Positions 38,737 through 48,626 of a stretch of DNA of 64,000 nucleotides are shown one piece after another. The position numbers were made by a program, and so were the translations under genes. The notes beneath the pieces are model-generated. The model was not told where the DNA came from and did no database searches. It worked only from the letters and a program-made list of their open reading frames with translations. How positions within the stretch are numbered: position 1 is the first letter of the stretch; every line of letters starts with the position of its first letter. Where the stretch lies: assembly GCA_044223005.1 (NCBI GenBank), contig JBGAML010000003.1, positions 256,001 to 320,000 of the forward strand, given 5' to 3'. The stretch comes from Candidatus Eiseniibacteriota bacterium (GTDB lineage Bacteria; Eisenbacteria; RBG-16-71-46).

Positions 38737-39771
38737 GTGACGACCCGCACCTTCGCCGCCATCGCAATCGCCCTCCTGGCCGCCATTCGGCCGGCCGGGG
38801 CGGGAACCGAACCGCCCTCGCACGTGGACCGCAGCCTGCGGGTCGCCGAGGTCCGTGGCCTGACCGGCGTGGACGTGGACAACGCCCGCGGCTCGGTCGA
38901 GCTGAAGGCCAGCCCAGACAACCTGCTGCACGTCACCGCGACGCGCGTGATCCGCATGGGCACCGAAGCCGAGGTGCGCAAGTACACCGAGCAGACGACC
39001 GTGGACTGCGGGCCGAAGGGCAACCGCTACGTCGTCGCCGTGCACTATCCCAAGCGGATCGAGACCCACTTCGACTTCTTCGACCTCTTCTCCGAGCGCG
39101 GCCGGCAGCGGCTCGAGATGCCCCGGATCGAGGTCCGCCTCGAACTGCTGGTGCCCGCGAACTTCGCGGCCACGGTCGGGACCGCGAGCGGCGACGTGTC
39201 CGCGAACGGCCTCGCCGGCGCACTCGACGTGCGGACCGCCAGCGGCGACGTGAACCTGGACGGCGTCACGGCCGCGCACGTGCGCACCGCCAGCGGTGGC
39301 GTGATCGCGCGCGCCACGGGCCGGCTCGACGCCGGCACCGCCAGCGGCGACGTGCAGGTGACCGCGGCTCGCGACAGCATCACGCTCTCCTCGCAGAGCG
39401 GTGACGTCACCGTGGACGGCGCGCCCGGTGGCGTGCGCGCGCACACCGTCAGCGGCGAGCTGACCGTGCGCGGCGCCGCGACGCGCGCCGATCTCGCGAC
39501 CGTGAGCGGCGACCTCGAGGCGCGGCTGCAGGGGCCGCTGGCCAACGCGAGCCTGACGTCGGTGAGTGGTGACGTCGACCTGCGGCTCGCGGGGGGCATG
39601 GGCGCCCGCCTGAGCGCGAAGACCCTGAGCGGCTCGCTGGAATGCAACGGCAGCGTGACGCTGCAGCACCACGACCGCAACGAGCTGGAAGCGACGATCG
39701 GTGGCGGAGGGACGCCGATCCGCGTCAAGACCACCTCGGGCAACATCACCGTCACGAGCGGAGGCCAGTGA
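38737..39771 (+). CDS. Secreted DUF4097-family beta-strand repeat protein
   Basis: GGAGG RBS, signal peptide and repeated TASGDV / TVSGDL motifs. Confidence 0.85.
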   Translation: MTTRTFAAIAIALLAAIRPAGAGTEPPSHVDRSLRVAEVRGLTGVDVDNARGSVELKASPDNLLHVTATRVIRMGTEAEVRKYTEQTTVDCGPKGNRYVVAVHYPKRIETHFDFFDLFSERGRQRLEMPRIEVRLELLVPANFAATVGTASGDVSANGLAGALDVRTASGDVNLDGVTAAHVRTASGGVIARATGRLDAGTASGDVQVTAARDSITLSSQSGDVTVDGAPGGVRAHTVSGELTVRGAATRADLATVSGDLEARLQGPLANASLTSVSGDVDLRLAGGMGARLSAKTLSGSLECNGSVTLQHHDRNELEATIGGGGTPIRVKTTSGNITVTSGGQ

Positions 39772-39773
39772 CC

Positions 39774-41153
39774 ATGCGACGCCCGTTCGCGCAGTACGCC
39801 GCCCCCATCTTCACCGCGCTCGCGCTCCTCGGGAACGTGTCGCTCGCCCTCGCGCAACAGACGATGGACTTTCACCCGCTGCCGCCCGAGAGCGCCGCCG
39901 CGATCGAGCCCCGCGGTTCGCACCGCATCGAGATCCAGGGTTCGGATCGCAACGGCCGCAAGGGTGTGCACGTCGTCATCGATTCCACGGGCGGCATCAT
40001 TTCGCTGCCCGGCGGAAAGATCTCGTCGGCGGCCGAGACGCCCGAGACTCCGGACACGCCGCCGCCGCCGGACACGCCCGAACCTCCGAGCGACTCCGCG
40101 CACGAGACGACCGGTGAGATCGTCCGCTTTGGCACCGACATCCACGTGCCCGAGAACCAGGTCGTCGAGGGCGACGTGGTCGGCATGGGCGGCTCGGTCC
40201 GAGTCGACGGCACCGTGCGCGGCAGCGTCACCTCGATGGGGGGCGATGTCACGCTGAGCCCCACCGCGCGCGTGGACGGCGACGTGGTCTGCCTCGGCGG
40301 CACGCTGCACGAGGAGGACGGCTCGTCGGTGGGAGGTCAGCGCGTCACCGCACCGCGCGTGCCCGGAAGCCGCTTCCTGCTCCCGGTGCTCTCGGTGGTC
40401 GGCACGGGCGTCAAGGTCGTCACGCACCTGTTCGTGATGCTGATCCTCATGGGGATCGCGTTCCTGTTCACCAAGCTGGCCCCCGGCCGCACGCAGACTT
40501 CCGTCGAGGCCGTGCGCCGCGAGCCCGGCATGAACTTCCTCGTCGGCCTGCTCCTCTGGGGCATGCTGATTCCGTCGCTCGTCGTCATCGCGATCGCCGC
40601 CGCGATCCTGTGCATCACGATCATCGGCATCCCGCTCGCGATCGCCGCACTCGTCGGCTACGCGTTCCTGCTCGTGATCCTGCTGGTGTGGGGCTCCGTG
40701 GTCGGCTACGCCGTCCTGGGCGGGCACCTGCAGCAGCGGCTGCGCGGCGAGTCGATCTCGATCCTGCGCGCCGCGCTCTGGGGCATCGCCGGGGTCTACG
40801 GCCTGCGCATCGTGGGCGACCTGCTGCACATCGTGCCCGTGTTCGGGTTCCTCGGCGGGATGCTGAACGTGATCGCGATCGTGGCCGGCGTCGTGCTCGC
40901 GACGCTCGGCGCCGGCGCGCTGCTGCGCGAGGAGTACTCGCGGCGCACCGTGCAGGACTGGTGGCACCGCTCGCGGCCGCGCCGCGGCGTCGTGACGCCC
41001 GCCGGCGCGCCCGCGTCGGCCTACCCGCCTCCGCCCGCGCCCGAGCCCGTGAGCTCGTCCGACGTGATGGGCGCGAGCGCACCGCCGCCGCCGCCGCCGC
41101 CGCCCGCGTCGCCCGCGAGTGGTGGCGAACCGCCCGCGACGCCGATCGCCTGA
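39774..41153 (+). CDS. Membrane protein with bactofilin-like (polymer-forming) beta-helix and multi-TM C-terminal domain
   Basis: Signal peptide, VEGDVVGMGGSVRVDGTVRGSV repeats, ITIIGIPLA TM region and Pro-rich tail. Confidence 0.75.
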   Translation: MRRPFAQYAAPIFTALALLGNVSLALAQQTMDFHPLPPESAAAIEPRGSHRIEIQGSDRNGRKGVHVVIDSTGGIISLPGGKISSAAETPETPDTPPPPDTPEPPSDSAHETTGEIVRFGTDIHVPENQVVEGDVVGMGGSVRVDGTVRGSVTSMGGDVTLSPTARVDGDVVCLGGTLHEEDGSSVGGQRVTAPRVPGSRFLLPVLSVVGTGVKVVTHLFVMLILMGIAFLFTKLAPGRTQTSVEAVRREPGMNFLVGLLLWGMLIPSLVVIAIAAAILCITIIGIPLAIAALVGYAFLLVILLVWGSVVGYAVLGGHLQQRLRGESISILRAALWGIAGVYGLRIVGDLLHIVPVFGFLGGMLNVIAIVAGVVLATLGAGALLREEYSRRTVQDWWHRSRPRRGVVTPAGAPASAYPPPPAPEPVSSSDVMGASAPPPPPPPPASPASGGEPPATPIA

Positions 41154-41304
41154 GGGCGCCGCAGTTCCGGCCCGGCTCCGCACCTGCGGCGCCGGGCCTC
41201 GCATTTGCGCCGCGCCGCGCTCCTGCGGCAAGGTCGCGGCGCTCCCGCGCGCGGTGGCGTCACGCCCGTGACCGGCCGCCCGCCGGAGCGATCCGGAGGC
41301 GGGC

Positions 41305-41835
41305 GTGGCCGTGTCGCCGTTGTGGGTGCTGTGCGCGTGGCTGTTCCTCGATGGCGCGACGTTCTCGGTCGCGACCACGCCGCTGCTGCTGCTCTACGCG
41401 CCCGGCTTCCCGCCCTGGCAGGTCGCGGTCGCCGGCGGGCTCTCGAGCGCCGCGGGCAACGTCGTGCAGCTCGTGGTGCTGCGCTGGATGCTGGCGAACG
41501 AGCGCCCGTGGATGGGCCGGCTGCTGCCCGCGCGCGCGACGGTCGAGGCCGCGCTCGCGCAGTACCCGTCGGCCAAGTTCCTCGCGATCCTGATCGCACG
41601 CGCGACGCCGCTGCCCGATGCGCCGATCAAGCTCGTGGCCGCCATGTTGCGCTATCCGCTGCCGCTCTACTTCCTCGCCGTGTTGCTGGGCGCGCTGCCC
41701 TACTACTGGGCGCTCGCCTGGGTCGGGCACACGTTCAAACTCCCGGTGTGGCTGATCGCCGGCGTGGCGGCGCTGTTCGTGATCGGCCTGGCGATCGACC
41801 AGCTGCGCCGCGGGAGGTCACGTGGCGCGGCGTGA
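41305..41835 (+). CDS. VTT/DedA-like membrane protein
   Basis: Hydrophobic throughout; ARATPLPDAPIKLVAA...YPL..YFLAVLLG resembles the DedA/VTT motif. Confidence 0.65.
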   Translation: MAVSPLWVLCAWLFLDGATFSVATTPLLLLYAPGFPPWQVAVAGGLSSAAGNVVQLVVLRWMLANERPWMGRLLPARATVEAALAQYPSAKFLAILIARATPLPDAPIKLVAAMLRYPLPLYFLAVLLGALPYYWALAWVGHTFKLPVWLIAGVAALFVIGLAIDQLRRGRSRGAA

Positions 41836-43816
41836 GCGGGCGGCGCAGGCCGTCGGCGTCGACACCGGCGGGACGTTCACCGACGTCGTCGTCTGGCGCG
41901 GCGGCCGCCGCGAGGCGTTCAAGGTGCCTTCGACGCCGGCCGCCCCCGAGCGCGCCGTGCTCGAAGCGCTCGCGCGCGCGGGCGCGACCGCCGCGACACA
42001 GGTGCGCCACGGCTCGACCGTGGCGACCAACGCGCTGCTCGAGCGCAAGGGCGCGCGCGTCGTGTTCGTGACCACGGCCGGCTTCGAGGACGTGCTCGAG
42101 ATCGGGCGCCAGGACCGGCCGCGGATCTACGACCTCGCGCCCGCGCGCCCCGAGACGCTCGTGCCGCGGGCGCGCCGCCTCGGCGCCCGCGAGCGGCTCG
42201 GGGCGGACGGCGAGGTGGTGCGCCCGCTCACCGCCACGGAGTGCCGGCGCGTCGCCGCGCGCGTGCGCGCGGCGAAGCCGGAGGCGATCGCGATCGGCCT
42301 GCTGCACGCGTGGCGCGACGGCGCGCACGAGCGGCGGCTGGCGCAGGTGTTGTGCGGGCTTGGTGTGCCGGTCTCGTGCTCGAGCATGCTCTGTCCCGAG
42401 GTGCGCGAGGTCGAGCGCTTCGCGACCACGGTCGCCAACGCGTTCCTCGCGCCGCGCGTGGCGCGCTACCTCGGCGCGCTCGCGCGCTCGCGCCGTGGGC
42501 GGATCGAGGTGGTGCTCTCGCACGGCGGGACCGCGCCCGTGGCCGACGCCGCGCGCGAGCCGGTGCGCCAGCTGCTCTCGGGCCCCGCGGCCGGGCTGCG
42601 CGCGGCGCTCGCCGCGGCGCGCGCGTGCGGCCATGCGGCGGCGCTCACGCTGGACGTGGGCGGCACCTCCACCGACTGCGCGCTGCTGGGCGCGGGGGAG
42701 ACCGGCGCCGACGGCCTGCCGCGGCGGCGCGCGCGCGACGTGGGCGGCGTGCCCGTGCTGCTGCCGACGCTCGACGTGCATACCGTCGGCGCGGGCGGCG
42801 GCTCGATCGCGTTCGTGGACGCGGGCGGCCTGCTGCAGGTGGGCCCCGGCAGCGCCGGCGCCGATCCCGGCCCCGCGTGCTACGGGCGCGGCGGCCCGGC
42901 CACCGTGACGGACGCACTGCTGGTGCTCGGGCTGCTGCCCATGGCGTCGCTCGCCGGCGGCGCGATCGCGCTGGACCACGAGGCGGCGCACGCCGCGATG
43001 GCCGCGCTCGCGCGTGCGCTGCGCCTGCGCGACGCCGCGGCGGCTGCCGCGGGCGTGCTGGCGATCGCGAACGCGCGCATGGAGGCGGCGCTGCGGCACG
43101 TGTCGGTGGAGCGCGGCGAGGATCCGCGCGGCGCGGCGCTCGTGGCGTTCGGCGGCGCGGGCGGGCTGCACGCTTGCGCGCTCGCGGCGTCGCTCGGCGC
43201 GCCCGCCGTGGTGTGGCCGCGGCACGCGGGCGTGCTCTGCGCGCTGGGCGCGCTGGAAGGCGGCTCGCGGCGCGAGAAGAGCCGCAGTGTGCTGCGCGAC
43301 GCGGGCGAACGCGCGACGCTGGCGCGCGAGCTCGCGCGTCTCGCGCGCGAGGTGCGCGCGGCGTTCCCGGCCGCCGAGCGGCGTCGCGCGACGCTCGAGG
43401 AGTGGGCGGAGGTGCGCGTGCGCGGGCAGGCGCACGAGCTCTCCGTGCCCGCGGAGCCGCTCGCCGGGCTCGCCGAACGCTTCCACCGCGCCCACGAGCG
43501 GCGCTACGGCTTCGCCGACCGCGGGCGCGCGGTGGAGGTGGTGACGCTCGAGGTGCGCGGCGCCGTGCGATCGACGTTGCCCGCCGAGGGTGCCACCGCA
43601 CGCCGGGTCGCCGCCCGTGCGGAGACCGTGCGCGTGCGCGAGGGCGGCCGCGAGCGCGCGGCGCGGCTCGTGCACCGCGACGCGCTCGCGCCCGGTGCCA
43701 GCGTCGCGGGGCCGGCGATCGTCTGCGACGCGGGCGCCACGTTCTGGCTCGCCGACGGCTGGCGCGCGCGCGTGCACCGCTCGGGCGCGCTGGTCGCCAC
43801 GCGGAGGCCGCGATGA
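41822..43816 (+). CDS. Hydantoinase/oxoprolinase family, subunit A
   Basis: GVDTGGTFTD, HGSTVATNALLE, DVGGTSTD, GAGGGSI, SAGADPGPACYGRGG and FGGAGGLH motifs. Confidence 0.94.
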   Translation: MARRERAAQAVGVDTGGTFTDVVVWRGGRREAFKVPSTPAAPERAVLEALARAGATAATQVRHGSTVATNALLERKGARVVFVTTAGFEDVLEIGRQDRPRIYDLAPARPETLVPRARRLGARERLGADGEVVRPLTATECRRVAARVRAAKPEAIAIGLLHAWRDGAHERRLAQVLCGLGVPVSCSSMLCPEVREVERFATTVANAFLAPRVARYLGALARSRRGRIEVVLSHGGTAPVADAAREPVRQLLSGPAAGLRAALAAARACGHAAALTLDVGGTSTDCALLGAGETGADGLPRRRARDVGGVPVLLPTLDVHTVGAGGGSIAFVDAGGLLQVGPGSAGADPGPACYGRGGPATVTDALLVLGLLPMASLAGGAIALDHEAAHAAMAALARALRLRDAAAAAAGVLAIANARMEAALRHVSVERGEDPRGAALVAFGGAGGLHACALAASLGAPAVVWPRHAGVLCALGALEGGSRREKSRSVLRDAGERATLARELARLAREVRAAFPAAERRRATLEEWAEVRVRGQAHELSVPAEPLAGLAERFHRAHERRYGFADRGRAVEVVTLEVRGAVRSTLPAEGATARRVAARAETVRVREGGRERAARLVHRDALAPGASVAGPAIVCDAGATFWLADGWRARVHRSGALVATRRPR

Positions 43817-45426
43817 GCGTTCGCCGCCGCGTGCCGCTGGACGGCGTCGCGCTCTCGCTGCACGCCGGGCTCTTCGCCGCGTGCGCCGAGGAGATGGGCG
43901 ATGCGCTCATGCGCGCCGCGCACTCGCCCAACATCACGGAGCGGCTCGATCACTCGTGCGCGGTGTTCGACGCGCGCGCGCGGCTGGTCGCGCAGGCGGC
44001 GCACATTCCCGTGCACCTGGGCAGCATGCCGCGCGCGGTCGAGGTGGCGCTCACGCTGGCGCCGTTCGGGCCCGGCGACGCGGTGCTGCTCAACGATCCG
44101 TTCGCGGGCGGGACACACCTGCCCGACCTGACGCTTGTCTCGCCCGTGTTCCTGGACGGCGTGCGCGGGCCCGCGTTCTTCGTCGCGAGCCGCGCGCATC
44201 ACGCCGACGTGGGTGGCGCCGCGCCGGGCTCGCTGCCGCTCGCGCGCGAGGTGTACGAGGAAGGCTTCCGGATCCCGCCCGTCTTCCTGCGCCGCGACGG
44301 CGAGCTGCGCGCGGACGTGCTCGCGCTGCTGCTCGCCAACGTGCGCACGCCCGACGAACGCCGTGCCGACCTCGCCGCGCAGCTGGGCGCGCAGGACACC
44401 GGCGCGCGCCGCCTGCGCGAGCTCGCGCGCCGCGGCGGCGCGCGCACGCTGGTCGCCGCGGCGCGTGCTCTGCAGGACGCCACCGAGCGCCAGGCGCGCG
44501 CGGCGATCGCGCGACTGCCGCGCGGACGCTGGCGGTTCGCCGACGTGATGGACGGCGACGGCCTCGGCGGTCGCGACCTGCGGATCGCCGTCACGCTGAC
44601 GCTCGACGGCCGGCGCGCGCGGCTCGACTTCACCGGCACCGCGCCGCAGGCGCGCGGACCCGTCAACGCCGTCGCCGCGGTGACGCGCGCCGCGAGCCTC
44701 TACGCCGTGCGCTGCGTGCTCGCCGAGGAACTGCGCGTGGACGACGGCCTGCTGCGCACCGTGGAGGTGATCGCGCCCGAGGGCACGCTCGTGAACCCGC
44801 GCCCGCCCGCAGCCGTCGGCGCCGGCAACGTCGAGACCTCGCAGCGCATCGTCGACGTCGTGCTCGGCGCGTTCGCGCGCGCGCTGCCCGGCCGCGTGCC
44901 CGCGGCGAGCAGCGGCACCATGAACAACCTGCTGATCGGCGGCACCGACCCGCGCCACGGCGGCCCGTTCGCCTACTACGAGACGCTGGGCGGCGGCCAC
45001 GGCGCCGGCCCCACGTGGGACGGCGCGAGCGCGATGCAGGTGCACATGACCAACACGCGCAACACGCCGATCGAGGCGCTCGAACACGCGTGCCCCGTGC
45101 GCGTCGAGGCGGTGCGCGTGCGCCGCGGCAGCGGCGGCGCCGGTCGGCACAGGGGCGGCGACGGCATCGAGCGCGCGCTCACGCTGCTCGCGCCCGCGCG
45201 CGTGACCGTGATCGCCGAGCGCCGTTCCCGCGGCCCGTACGGCCTCGCGGGCGGCGCCGACGGCGCGCCCGGCGTGACGCGCGTGCGCCGCGGCGCGTCG
45301 GTGCGTACGCTGCCCGCCAAGGTCACGCTCGATCTGGCCGCCGGCGAGACGATCGAACTCGCGAGCCCGGGTGGTGGCGGCTGGGGGCGGACGAAGCGGC
45401 CGCGCGTGAAGCGCCGCGAGCGCTGA
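43813..45426 (+). CDS. Hydantoinase B/oxoprolinase family, subunit B
   Basis: SPNITERLDHSCA, HIPVHLGSM, NDPFAGGTHLPD, GNVETSQR and HMTNTRNTPIE motifs. Confidence 0.94.
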   Translation: MSVRRRVPLDGVALSLHAGLFAACAEEMGDALMRAAHSPNITERLDHSCAVFDARARLVAQAAHIPVHLGSMPRAVEVALTLAPFGPGDAVLLNDPFAGGTHLPDLTLVSPVFLDGVRGPAFFVASRAHHADVGGAAPGSLPLAREVYEEGFRIPPVFLRRDGELRADVLALLLANVRTPDERRADLAAQLGAQDTGARRLRELARRGGARTLVAAARALQDATERQARAAIARLPRGRWRFADVMDGDGLGGRDLRIAVTLTLDGRRARLDFTGTAPQARGPVNAVAAVTRAASLYAVRCVLAEELRVDDGLLRTVEVIAPEGTLVNPRPPAAVGAGNVETSQRIVDVVLGAFARALPGRVPAASSGTMNNLLIGGTDPRHGGPFAYYETLGGGHGAGPTWDGASAMQVHMTNTRNTPIEALEHACPVRVEAVRVRRGSGGAGRHRGGDGIERALTLLAPARVTVIAERRSRGPYGLAGGADGAPGVTRVRRGASVRTLPAKVTLDLAAGETIELASPGGGGWGRTKRPRVKRRER

Positions 45427-45429
45427 ACG

Positions 45430-45467
45430 CGCGGGCGGGCCCGCGGTCTCCCGCGGGCCCGCCCGCG
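45430..45467. terminator. 17-bp perfect hairpin between convergent genes
   Basis: CGCGGGCGGGCCCGCGG-TCTC-CCGCGGGCCCGCCCGCG. Confidence 0.65.
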
Positions 45468-45477
45468 TCGCGACACG

Positions 45478-46113
45478 TCACACGATCACGCGCGCCTTCT
45501 TGAGGCCGGGCACCACGCCGCCCGCGATGTCGTGGCGGAAGGCGTCCTGCGAGCCGGGGTTCGTCGACTCGACGGTCGCGGCCCAGATCATCCGGCCGCC
45601 GTCGTCGGGCGTCCACACCGTCACCTGTTCGCGCAGCGTGCGATCGGTGACCGAATAGCCCGGGTGCCAGCGGGACGTGTAGACGATGCGGTCGCGACCG
45701 CTCCAGGGGTTGTAGTACTCACGCGGCTGGACGCTGCGCCAGCCGGGCACCCAACTCGTCTCCTGGGTCGCGGTGAGCGGCTTCAAGACGATCGCGGCAT
45801 CGAGGTGCTGGTCCTCGATCGCCTGCCCGAGCGCCTTCTGGCCCGGCACGCCGTCGGGGAAGAGCGAGTACGACGCGACCGCGTTGACGCCCGACCGGAG
45901 CAGCTGCTCGCGCACCGCGTCCTCCCACAGGCGGCGCTGCGTGGCGTCCTTGCGCTGCGAGACGACCAGCAGCGAGCGCGCGGTGACCGAGCCGCGGCTG
46001 GGATCCGACCAGACGTTGGTGACGCGGGCGTCCGTGCAGCCGGCGGCCAGAAGTGCCAGCCCGGCGATGCTGGTGACGGCGAGTGCGGCGCGGAGACCGA
46101 TTCGACGATTCAT
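45478..46113 (-). CDS. Hypothetical lipoprotein
   Basis: GAGGAGG RBS, lipobox LAAG-C and globular body (VWSDP...RRLWED...MIWAATVES). Confidence 0.75.
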   Translation of the reverse strand: MNRRIGLRAALAVTSIAGLALLAAGCTDARVTNVWSDPSRGSVTARSLLVVSQRKDATQRRLWEDAVREQLLRSGVNAVASYSLFPDGVPGQKALGQAIEDQHLDAAIVLKPLTATQETSWVPGWRSVQPREYYNPWSGRDRIVYTSRWHPGYSVTDRTLREQVTVWTPDDGGRMIWAATVESTNPGSQDAFRHDIAGGVVPGLKKARVIV

Positions 46114-46334
46114 GGCGTCCTCCTCTGCATGCGGTTCACTTCGCATCCGTTTCCGATGGCGAAGCGAAGAGCACGCCCGATGCCATGCAGGGTGCGCGCG
46201 GGCAACCGCTTCGGGCTGCGGCGACTGGACACGCGCCTGACGGCCGTCGGGCCCGCCGCGGAGTTCCGGCACGTACACTTCGGCGCGCGCGGTGTCCCGA
46301 TCGGAGCATCGCAGGAGCGTGACGAAGCGGGGCG

Positions 46335-47774
46335 CTACGCCTCTTCGGCCGCTTCGCGCGCCATCGCCGCGAGCGTGCGCGCCACGACGCGGCGCGTGAG
46401 CGGCGTGCAGTCGGCAGCGCTCACGCGCACGGCCGCTTCGGGCACGCGGGCGAGAAACGCGTCGTTCTGCAGGCCGAGCAGCACCGTGGGGCGTTCGGAG
46501 CAACGCGTGCGCAGCGCTTCCAGCGCGTCCGGCGTGAGCGGCACGCGCGAGGCGATCGCGATCACCTGCGCCGCGGGCGCCGTGCCGCCCACGGCGAGCC
46601 CCTGCGCGGCGATCTCGGCTGCCAGTGGTTCGCCGTGCGCGAACTTCGGCTCTTCGACCGCCCACGTGCCGCGCACCGCCGCCGCGGGCAGCGTGCCCTG
46701 CACTCGCAGGCCGCGCTCGACGATGCCTTCCAGCCGTGCGACCCAGCCCGCGGGCGTCAGCGATTCCAGCGGCTGCGCGAGCTCCGTCGCGTCGGGCTCG
46801 CTGTGGCGCTGGTCGAACGCGATCAGCCGCGGGCGCGACGCGTCGAACGGCTCGCGCGGCACCGTGCCTGCCACCAGCGCGTCGGCCAGCTCGAGCCGTC
46901 CGCGGCGAACGTCCTCGTTCCAGTGCGCGTAGAGCAGCAGGTCGCAGCCCGCCGCGAGCGCCGCTGCGCCGGCCTCGGCGGGCGTGCGGCCCGAGGCCGC
47001 GCCCTGCATCTCGAGCGCGTCGGTGATGCAGATGCCTTCGAAGCCCAGCTGTTCGCGCAGCAGTCCCGTCGCGATCGCGTGCGAATACGTACCCGGGTGC
47101 GCCGCGTCGAGCGCGGGATAGACCACGTGCGCGGTCATCACCGAGTCCGCGCCCAGCGCGCCACGGAACGGCACCAGCTCGCGCATGTCGAGCGTGCGCG
47201 TGTCGGCGTCGCACGTGGGCAGCGCGAGGTGCGAGTCCACGCGCGTGTCCCCGTGCCCGGGGAAGTGCTTGAGGCAGGACGCGAGGTTCGCCTCGCGAAA
47301 ACCCCGCACGATCGCCGCGACCGCATCGGCCGCCGATTCGGGGCTCGTGCCGTAGGCGCGCGGACCGATGACGGGATTGTCCGGCTCGCTGTGCACGTCG
47401 GCGACGGGCGCGAAGTTCCAGTCGAACCCGAGCGCGCGCAGCCGCCGTCCCGTCGTCTCCGCGACGTACTCGAGATCGCCCGGCGCCGCGCCGCGGGCGA
47501 GCAGTGCGGCGTTGGGCGGCACGACGAGATGTCCCGCGAGCTGCGAGACCCAGCCGCCTTCTTCGTCGAGGGCGATGAAGAGCCGGCGCGGACGCGCGAG
47601 TTCGCGCAGGCGCGCGGTGAGCCGGCGCAGGTCGTCGAGATCGCGAAAGTCGCGCGCGAACACGATCACGCCCGCGGGCGCGTACTGCGTGAAGTCCCGT
47701 TCCCAGGCGGGCGTCAGGCCCTCGGGAGGGAGCCCGATCACCATGCGCCGCGCGATGCCGCGTTGAGCGTCCAT
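46335..47774 (-). CDS. nagZ: Beta-N-acetylhexosaminidase (GH3)
   Basis: DEEGGWV, NFAPVADV, KHFPGHGDTRVDSH and ITDAL motifs. Confidence 0.9.
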   Translation of the reverse strand: MDAQRGIARRMVIGLPPEGLTPAWERDFTQYAPAGVIVFARDFRDLDDLRRLTARLRELARPRRLFIALDEEGGWVSQLAGHLVVPPNAALLARGAAPGDLEYVAETTGRRLRALGFDWNFAPVADVHSEPDNPVIGPRAYGTSPESAADAVAAIVRGFREANLASCLKHFPGHGDTRVDSHLALPTCDADTRTLDMRELVPFRGALGADSVMTAHVVYPALDAAHPGTYSHAIATGLLREQLGFEGICITDALEMQGAASGRTPAEAGAAALAAGCDLLLYAHWNEDVRRGRLELADALVAGTVPREPFDASRPRLIAFDQRHSEPDATELAQPLESLTPAGWVARLEGIVERGLRVQGTLPAAAVRGTWAVEEPKFAHGEPLAAEIAAQGLAVGGTAPAAQVIAIASRVPLTPDALEALRTRCSERPTVLLGLQNDAFLARVPEAAVRVSAADCTPLTRRVVARTLAAMAREAAEEA

Positions 47775-47918
47775 GCGGCGGTCAGACTGTCCGAGCGTCC
47801 GGACGCTGTCAAAAGCGGGCTTTGTTCGGGCCGCGAGCGGCCGCCGGTCGTCGCATCCGGCGCGGTCGTGCAAAACGCCCCTAGGGCGGGGGAGTCGGCC
47901 CGCGATAGACTGCATCGA

Positions 47919-48626
47919 ATGTCCCAGCACCCCTCGGTCCTTCCCCGGAGGTTCCGCCGCTTGGCGATCCGTCCCTGCGTCCGATTCGCGCTCGCCGGCC
48001 TGTTCGCGCTCGTCCTGCCCGGTTCGCTGCTCGCGGCCCCGCCCGCGAAGGGGCCCGGCCGGACGCCCGCGCCCGCCGCGAGGGTCGCGAAGCCGTCCAA
48101 GATGGGCACGACGCTGCTCTACGGCGACGACCACTGCTTCTCGATCGTCCCGCCGGACGGCTGGACCGTGGACGACCAATCGGGACTCGGCTCGCGCATC
48201 CGCACCGTGCTCTACCCCGCGGGCCAGAAGTGGGAGAACGCGACCACGGTCATGTACGTGAATCCGCTCCACCAGGACCCGCGCGCGCGCCACTCGCTCG
48301 ACGAGATGATCGCGCGCGACGTGCAGTCGTTCCGCAAGCAGTCGCCGCGGGGCATCGTGACGCCGGCAGGGACGCTCAACACCTTGAAGGGCAAGCTGGC
48401 GCAGGTGCGCTACTTCGCGCCGACGGGCGGCAAGCCGACGACGGCGGTCGCGTACGTCGAGGAAGCGGACCTGGTCATGCTGCTCGTGCTCGACTCGCGG
48501 AGCGAGGCCAGCTTCCAGTCGGCGCTGCCGGCGTTCCGGCAGATCGTGACCTCGTACCAGTTCGTCGCCGGCAACATCGAGACGCCGACCGGCCCGGTCG
48601 CGTCGCCGCCCCCGGGACGCAAGTGA
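47919..48626 (+). CDS. Hypothetical secreted protein
   Basis: Hydrophobic signal-like segment, typical GC3-rich codon use; stop overlaps the next start. Confidence 0.7.
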   Translation: MSQHPSVLPRRFRRLAIRPCVRFALAGLFALVLPGSLLAAPPAKGPGRTPAPAARVAKPSKMGTTLLYGDDHCFSIVPPDGWTVDDQSGLGSRIRTVLYPAGQKWENATTVMYVNPLHQDPRARHSLDEMIARDVQSFRKQSPRGIVTPAGTLNTLKGKLAQVRYFAPTGGKPTTAVAYVEEADLVMLLVLDSRSEASFQSALPAFRQIVTSYQFVAGNIETPTGPVASPPPGRK

